In this document: piece after piece, positions 58,478 through 64,000 of the stretch | How the letters are laid out: every line of letters starts with the position of its first letter | Position numbering within the stretch: the stretch's first letter is position 1 | NCBI GenBank assembly: GCA_964447315.1 | Contig: CAYURQ010000001.1 | Location: 27,351-91,350 of the forward strand | Origin: Candidatus Woesearchaeota archaeon | GTDB taxonomy: Archaea; Nanobdellota; Nanobdellia; Pacearchaeales; GW2011-AR1 | Direction: 5' to 3' | DNA: 64,000 nt | Made by a program: the position numbers and the translations under genes | The notes under the pieces: model-generated | Told to the model about the DNA's origin: nothing | The model's database searches: none | Seen by the model: the letters and a program-made list of their open reading frames with translations, nothing else

Positions 58478-59428
58478 ATGTATAAAAAAATTAAAAAAAT
58501 AAATAATAAAGAGTATGAATACTTAGTGGAATCATTTAGGTTGCCTGATGGAAAACTGAAAAAAGCAGAAGTATTGGTTAAGAGTATGGGTAGAGAAAAA
58601 GATAAAAAAACTCTCTCTAGGAAAATTCTTGAAAAAAAGAAAAAGGAATTCCTTAAATATATGTTAAGCACTTATGAAACAGATGCCATCTTTAGTGAAG
58701 AGGAATTTGAAAAAATAGAAAATATTAGAGTTGAGTATATTAATTTATTAAAAAATGTTCCTAATCAAGCTAAAAAAGACTTATTTGACAGATTTACTGC
58801 TAATTTCACTTATGAAAGCAATTCTCTGGAAGGAAATTCCCTGACTTTAAAAGATGTTAATATAATTATGTTTGAAAACATTTCTATAAAAGGAAAAGAT
58901 CTCAGGGAGATATATGAAACCAGAAACTCCAGAGAAGTAGTTGAAAAAATAATTAAGGGAAAATTTAAAGTTACTGAAAAAGACATAATAGAAATGCATA
59001 AAATCCTTTGCAGAGACTTAGATATTTCATTAGGATATAAAAAATTTCCAAATGTGTTAATTGGAAAAAAGATAGAATTAACCCCTCCTGAAAAGGTTGA
59101 AAGTGAAATGAGAAAATTAATTGCATGGTATAATGAAAACAAGTCAAAGATTCATCCACTAAAGTTAGCTTCTTTATTTCATGGGAAATTTCAGCAAATA
59201 CATCCTTTTGAAGATGGAAATGGGAGAGTTGGAAGATTCATAATAAACGTTATTTTAACAGAAAATAAGTATCCTCCTTTAATCATAAGAAAATCTCAAA
59301 GAATATCTTATCTTACTGCTTTAGAAAAATTTGATAAAAAATATCCTACTTCTTTAGAAAGATTTATTCTGGAAAAATTCAAAGAAACATACAGGAATTT
59401 CTTTGAAATTTATGTTAGATATTTGTAG
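58478..59428 (+). CDS. Fic-domain protein (start moved to MYKKIKK)
   Basis: Fic motif HPFEDGNGRVGR. Confidence 0.8.
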   Translation: MYKKIKKINNKEYEYLVESFRLPDGKLKKAEVLVKSMGREKDKKTLSRKILEKKKKEFLKYMLSTYETDAIFSEEEFEKIENIRVEYINLLKNVPNQAKKDLFDRFTANFTYESNSLEGNSLTLKDVNIIMFENISIKGKDLREIYETRNSREVVEKIIKGKFKVTEKDIIEMHKILCRDLDISLGYKKFPNVLIGKKIELTPPEKVESEMRKLIAWYNENKSKIHPLKLASLFHGKFQQIHPFEDGNGRVGRFIINVILTENKYPPLIIRKSQRISYLTALEKFDKKYPTSLERFILEKFKETYRNFFEIYVRYL

Positions 59429-59471
59429 TTAATATTGATTTTTGTTATTATTTTATATTTACAAGATTATA

Positions 59472-59524
59472 GAGGATTAGGGTTGTTAGGGTTAATTTGG
59501 GGTTGGAATATGTTGAGAGGATGG
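59472..59524 (+). repeat. G/T-rich element (GGGGTTGGAATATGTTGAGAGGATGG)
   Basis: same subfamily as 58344 and 33886. Confidence 0.45.
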
Positions 59525-59573
59525 TACATTTTGTAATACAAATATTTATAAACCTATCAATTGATATGTATAT

Positions 59574-59861
59574 ATGGAATTAAAATCAATTAATAGAAAT
59601 AAGAAAGTTGCAAAAATATTTAGATCTCCTACTTTAGAAACTGTAAAAATGGTAGAGAGAACAATAAAAGAAAATAGTGGAGAATTTAAGAAAACCCAAA
59701 TTTGGGAGAAATTACCAAAAAAAATAATGTGGCCGACTTATTTAACTATTTTAAATTATCTTCAAGAGATAAATAAAATAATAATGGAAGAAGACGGAGA
59801 GATTACTTATATTTGGAACCCAGAATTGTTAAAGAAAGTAATGAACCGAAAAAGATATTAA
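59574..59861 (+). CDS. paralog of the 30940..31218 antitoxin-like protein
   Basis: shared ...SPTL.TV.MVE..I.ENSGE(F/Y)KKT(Q/E)...KLP(K/R)K(I/V)MW.T...I(L/V).YL.E...II...G.ITYIWNP. Confidence 0.45.
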   Translation: MELKSINRNKKVAKIFRSPTLETVKMVERTIKENSGEFKKTQIWEKLPKKIMWPTYLTILNYLQEINKIIMEEDGEITYIWNPELLKKVMNRKRY

Positions 59862-60409
59862 CTATTCTCAAGTATTTCTTTTGTTTTGTTCACAAAAGAA
59901 ATTGTTTTTGTTTGCAGTTCTTTTGCTTGTTCTTGATTATGCTTTTCTATTCCATATGAAGCTTGCTCTCTTCTGGCTTTTGCTTCTACAAAATAACTAA
60001 TCTCCTGTTTTTCCATGGAACTCTTTATTATTAATTCAATGTCTTTTTTATTGAGTTTATTGGATTCTTTTTGTTCTCCTTCATATGAATAATACAAATA
60101 AATTAATGCGCAAAGTGTTGCTAAATGATTCTTTGAAGAGTATCCTTTAACAGATAATAATGATAATGAAGAATGATAAATAGCATAATAACACCCCACA
60201 ATTGTCCAATCATAGAATCTCTTTTCTTTTAACAAATGATTAATGAAATCAATATTGTTATCTGCTTTATTAATATGGGATTTGCTCAAATAATATTTTT
60301 CTGATTCTTTTTTAATTGTGTTATTCTTTAAATACAACTTGAATGATTTTTTTGCTCTAGACTTATTTTGCATCCAAATTTCCCAAATTGTTTTTTTTAT
60401 TCTTCCCAT
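59858..60409 (-). CDS. HEPN-domain protein
   Basis: helical ...YDWTIVGCYYAIYHSSLSLL... typical HEPN partner of an MNT; overlaps the MNT gene. Confidence 0.6.
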   Translation of the reverse strand: MGRIKKTIWEIWMQNKSRAKKSFKLYLKNNTIKKESEKYYLSKSHINKADNNIDFINHLLKEKRFYDWTIVGCYYAIYHSSLSLLSVKGYSSKNHLATLCALIYLYYSYEGEQKESNKLNKKDIELIIKSSMEKQEISYFVEAKARREQASYGIEKHNQEQAKELQTKTISFVNKTKEILENS

Positions 60410-60981
60410 TTTATTTCACTAAGTTTTTTATAAAAATAAATACTTCCTGTTAGGGGGTATCCTGTAAGAAACATGTGGTTTATTGATTCATTCTTCTTAC
60501 TTAATTGATTGAAATCTATTTCCATTATTGATGCTCTTATCCCGTATTTTTCTGAAATCTCTTCATATTCTATTTTAGGAAGTTTGTCATAAACAAAAAG
60601 AAGATCTATGTCGCTTTTGTTATTTGAGGTTTCTTTTGCTACTGATCCAAATAATACTGCCACTGTTGGTTTAAGAAACTCTATATATTCTTCAATTGCT
60701 TTTCTTCTTGCAAAAGGCATTTTTTGGAATTTTATTTTATTAATTAAGTCTAGTAAAGCAATGGAGATATTATTTTCATAATTGACTGAATAAAAAGTGT
60801 TGCTCTTATTCTTTTCTTTCTTTAATACATTTATCTCTACAAGATTATTTAAATTTTTTAACAAATTATTTTTACTTTTTATTTTTGTTCTTTCTTGTAT
60901 TTGATTGAAGTAATATTTATTTTTGCCTAAAGTCTCAACTATTTTTAGAGCATTCTTATTTATTAATTCTTTATAGTCCAT
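60397..60981 (-). CDS. minimal nucleotidyltransferase (MNT) with N-terminal wHTH-like region
   Basis: VAVLFGSVAKETSNNKSDIDLLFVYD (GS...DxD). Confidence 0.7.
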   Translation of the reverse strand: MDYKELINKNALKIVETLGKNKYYFNQIQERTKIKSKNNLLKNLNNLVEINVLKKEKNKSNTFYSVNYENNISIALLDLINKIKFQKMPFARRKAIEEYIEFLKPTVAVLFGSVAKETSNNKSDIDLLFVYDKLPKIEYEEISEKYGIRASIMEIDFNQLSKKNESINHMFLTGYPLTGSIYFYKKLSEIKWEE

Positions 60982-61034
60982 TTTTAATACTAATTAGTAT
61001 TAATTTGATACTTTATATATTTTTTGGTTGTTAA

Positions 61035-61460
61035 TCATATCTTAGGCATTCTTGGCCTAATAGAATGTTCCTTAGGAGGATAAACCAAAGGAGTTAAAAC
61101 ATCTTCTATGTTTGGAGTTAAAGTATATGTCCACTCTTCATTAAATTCCGCTTTAAGTTTAGTAGCTAATTTATTTGCTTTGTCAAGATATTTTTCATTT
61201 GAAACATCTACATGATTTAGGTATAAATTTATGGCTCCAAATTCTTGATAACCTGAAAAAAATCTATTTGTATGAACACTTAAAATATTATTTGGAAGAT
61301 TTCCCTTATCTACTTCTGGTGAAAGAACCATAGTATCAATTAATCTTGTTAATTTTGATTTTCTTATTACTTTTTCTGTTATTTCTCTTACTTTTTCTTT
61401 TTTAAATTGAAGTTCTGTTGGAGTTTTTCCAACTTTTTTAGCCCAATAAAATTCACTCAT
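61035..61460 (-). CDS. hypothetical protein (141 aa)
   Basis: ORF only. Confidence 0.4.
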   Translation of the reverse strand: MSEFYWAKKVGKTPTELQFKKEKVREITEKVIRKSKLTRLIDTMVLSPEVDKGNLPNNILSVHTNRFFSGYQEFGAINLYLNHVDVSNEKYLDKANKLATKLKAEFNEEWTYTLTPNIEDVLTPLVYPPKEHSIRPRMPKI

Positions 61461-61491
61461 GGTTTTTCAAGAAATAAATTGTATATAAGAA

Positions 61492-61902
61492 TTATTGTGA
61501 TAAAGTATCAGCAGGACCTAATAAATCCAAAACTTCTCCAAGAGTGTTTCTTCTGTTTACATATTTATTGAAAAACCAAGGGGATAAATCATTATGAAAT
61601 CCCACAGCGTAAACAATTGGTTTACTATTTAACTTAAAAGGCATTATTGCGCTCCCAAATTCCATTGGCAATGTTGTTCCTTTATCTTTTTCTGTTAAGT
61701 AAATAAAAACATCTGAATTTGCAATTCCCTCCAACTCATTTTCAGAATACTCTTTTGCATAATCTTGATTTTCCACATAGGGTTTTATTGGTTTGTGTGT
61801 TGTCCAATCATAAGAAACCTCATGCCCCATTTATTTAAGTTTTTTGTATGCTTCAAGAACAAGTTCTTTTTTCTCAAACTTGGCAGCAATATATATTTTC
61901 AT
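61492..61902 (-). pseudogene. nucleoside 2-deoxyribosyltransferase-like gene interrupted by an in-frame TAA (at 61831..61833)
   Basis: upstream 23 codons MKIYIAAKFEKKELVLEAYKKLK then TAA, then in frame MGHEV...DVFIYLTE...GTTLPMEFGSAIMPFKLNSKPIVYAVG (NDT-like). Confidence 0.45.
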
Positions 61903-61943
61903 AAGATTTCAATTGAAAAATTGTATATAAGGATTATTGTGGT

Positions 61944-62804
61944 TTATTTCTTAATTCTTTTTTTATGGATTGCTAAATATCTTCTTAAAAAATAATCTAA
62001 AAATCCTTCTTGGTTTTTTGTAAATGCTTTGTAGTAAGAACTTCTTTTTTTGTATTCAATTATAATCATTGGATATCCTGCATGCCATAGTATAAAATTC
62101 ATTAGTAATCTCCCAACCCTTCCATTTCCATCTCCAAAAGGGTGGATGCTCTCAAATATATAATGTGCTCTTCCTGCAAGTTCTACAGGATTCATCTCTT
62201 TGCTCTCTTTCTCTATAAAATCTATAAGCTTATTCATTAATGGCTTTACTTCTTGCCAATCTGGGGCCAAATAAGGTCCAACCCTTACAAGATAATCTCT
62301 AAATTTTCCTGCAATATCTGGTTTGGTTTCTTTGAAAGTTTCTTTATGCCAATTTAATAAAAGTTTATTAGTAACTTTTTCTTTTTTATTTAACATTTTA
62401 AGAAATACTCTATTATGTGCTTCTGTTTCTTTAACATCTCTTAAAGGTTTGTTAGGAGATATTTTATCATGAATAATTTCTCTTGCTTCTTCTAGAGTTA
62501 TCGTAGATCCTTCAATGGCATTTGTATTGTATGTAAAAGCAATAGAAATCTCTTCTTTTTGTTTTTCTTTAGCAGATTTGGGAAGTCTCTTCCATTCTTC
62601 TTGAAAATCTTTTTTAATATTCTCTAATTTTTTATATAAATCTGATTTTAATTCCCTCATAAATTCACTTTTTATCTTATCTATATCTTTTGGAATTTCA
62701 GTTCCAAGATATTTTTCTTTTTTTATTATTTTATTTCCATTTCTAACACTATGCTCAAGATAAAAATATTTCTTAGTTCCTTTTATTCTTCTTCTAATTA
62801 TCAT
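61944..62804 (-). CDS. Fic-domain protein
   Basis: HPFGDGNGRVGR. Confidence 0.8.
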   Translation of the reverse strand: MIIRRRIKGTKKYFYLEHSVRNGNKIIKKEKYLGTEIPKDIDKIKSEFMRELKSDLYKKLENIKKDFQEEWKRLPKSAKEKQKEEISIAFTYNTNAIEGSTITLEEAREIIHDKISPNKPLRDVKETEAHNRVFLKMLNKKEKVTNKLLLNWHKETFKETKPDIAGKFRDYLVRVGPYLAPDWQEVKPLMNKLIDFIEKESKEMNPVELAGRAHYIFESIHPFGDGNGRVGRLLMNFILWHAGYPMIIIEYKKRSSYYKAFTKNQEGFLDYFLRRYLAIHKKRIKK

Positions 62805-62934
62805 TATAATAATGTACCCCTACAAGTTTATATACTTTTTGTTTTTATTATATAATGTAGGGGTATATAATATTTTCTATTGTAGGGTCTACATTTTCAA
62901 TATTTTGTAGTCATCTAACTAAAATTATTGTGGT

Positions 62935-63276
62935 TTATTTTAATCCACTTGGTCCTAGATTATGTAATACGCTTCTTATTTCCTCTATTGTTTTTTGTTG
63001 GGATTTTTTATCTGACATTCTTACAAATCTTAATAATAAATCTGTTAAAGTTTTTTCATCGAATAATTTTAATTTATCTCCTTCAACAATAAAATAAAAT
63101 CTAAATGATTTATATCTTATTTCCTTAATTAAAATTCCTGCAACAACCCCCAAAGTTTTTCCTTTTTTTGGATTTTCTTCTAAAGTTCTTAACAAAGAAA
63201 TAATTTCATGTGTTTCCCCTTTGAATTTTTTCTTAATCTCTTTTGCCAGTGAATCGACTATTTCGACTTTGGCCAT
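62935..63276 (-). CDS. toxin-like small protein (113 aa) of a two-gene module
   Basis: 19-nt overlap with the upstream 70-aa ORF. Confidence 0.35.
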   Translation of the reverse strand: MAKVEIVDSLAKEIKKKFKGETHEIISLLRTLEENPKKGKTLGVVAGILIKEIRYKSFRFYFIVEGDKLKLFDEKTLTDLLLRFVRMSDKKSQQKTIEEIRSVLHNLGPSGLK

Positions 63277-63470
63277 TCTTTTTCAACCTCTTTTTCAAAT
63301 TCATCAAGAGAAATTGTATTTTTAGAGGACATTAGAAAATCTCTAAGTTGTTCTTTGACAGCAAAATCATAAATCCTATTAATAATTTTGTCGTAGCTTT
63401 CTCCTTTTGTTCCAAAAGTACTTATTTTTTCTTTTGTTTCTTTACTTAATTGAATTGTTGTTATTTCCAT
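63258..63470 (-). CDS. antitoxin-like small protein (70 aa)
   Basis: precedes and overlaps the 113-aa gene. Confidence 0.35.
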   Translation of the reverse strand: MEITTIQLSKETKEKISTFGTKGESYDKIINRIYDFAVKEQLRDFLMSSKNTISLDEFEKEVEKEWPKSK

Positions 63471-63513
63471 TTTAATCTATAACAACTATAGTGGCTATAG
63501 TTTATAAATGTTT

Positions 63514-63927
63514 TTATTCATCTAAATGTTTTCTTAATTCTTGAATTATTTCAGGAATTTCTTTTAATGCATTTTTTACTGTTGAAATATCTATGTCATC
63601 TCCATAGTAATTTATTCCATGTCTTAGCTTTCTGTATCTGTCAAATTTCATTGAGATTTTTTCTTGTTTAAGAACATCTTTTAGGAAATAAGTAATTACT
63701 TCATGTGAATTGAATTTATATCCTTTTGAGAAACCAATTGCCTCACAATATTGCCTAAGGCCCTCATATAATTCTCTAAATACAGATTTTATAGTTACTT
63801 CATTTAAAGGTATTAGTTTTGCTGTTTTTACTGCTTGTTCTGCTGATTTTGCAATACTCTTGGCTCTGATTGGATTTTTAATTCTTTTTTGAGCATATCC
63901 TTTTTTAATGCTATTTTCAAAGTTCAT
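63514..63927 (-). CDS. HEPN-domain protein
   Basis: R-x(3)-H motif RKLRHGINYYG; helical. Confidence 0.5.
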   Translation of the reverse strand: MNFENSIKKGYAQKRIKNPIRAKSIAKSAEQAVKTAKLIPLNEVTIKSVFRELYEGLRQYCEAIGFSKGYKFNSHEVITYFLKDVLKQEKISMKFDRYRKLRHGINYYGDDIDISTVKNALKEIPEIIQELRKHLDE

Positions 63928-64000
63928 TATAAAACCTCTAAATTTCCATTTACTGTAATTCCATTAATTATGTTATTTAGCAATTCTTTATTTTTTTCTT

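Noticed and set aside
61831-61833. An alternative genetic code (stop-codon reassignment) as the explanation for the in-frame TAA
   Set aside because: All long conserved genes in the window terminate at standard stops and contain no internal TAA, TAG or TGA. A single in-frame TAA is better explained by pseudogenisation or a sequencing error.

Overview
This is a strongly AT-rich archaeal fragment, roughly 30% GC by eye, with compact genes and many ORFans that give it a DPANN-like flavour. Standard stops are used throughout and no alternative genetic code is evident.

Layout:
- 0.5-16.4 kb: the conserved archaeal transcription/translation cluster on the + strand. It holds rpoH, an unsplit rpoB, an rpoA with A' and A'' fused in one ORF, NusA-KH, uS12, uS7, aEF-2 and aEF-1alpha. 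Lineage-specific ORFans sit between NusA/S12, S12/S7 and S7/EF-2, and uppP plus several ORFans separate EF-2 from EF-1alpha.
- 18.5-27 kb: archaeal DnaG primase, then an HTH regulator pair, a surface-protein gene, an SMC-head protein with a Rad50-like zinc hook, and RNase HII.
- 27.8-46.7 kb: the accessory region. It contains an operon led by a protein with a nucleotidyltransferase (NTase) motif, and tandem Cys-rich paralogs. A 4.15 kb segment (31564..35715) recurs essentially identically at 36259..40410. It carries four copies of a 3-TM membrane protein, a RelE/antitoxin pair, and an operon ending in a clan-CD (caspase/legumain-like) peptidase-like protein. Further cassettes follow. Cassette boundaries are marked by a recurring G/T-rich ~40-65 bp element that is very atypical for this genome.
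- 46.7-55.2 kb: an N-glycosylation-type cluster with a flippase-like protein, a methyltransferase, an AglB/STT3-like protein, GT2, GT4, WecB and a DPM-like GT2.
- 56-64 kb: a TA/defense-type island. It holds an AAA(DUF4143-like) ATPase bracketed by a partial gene duplication, two Fic proteins, HEPN/MNT pairs, a RelE-like pair and an NDT-like gene with an in-frame stop.

I recognised no rRNA, tRNA or CRISPR array. All functional calls rest on motif recognition by eye; no database search was run.
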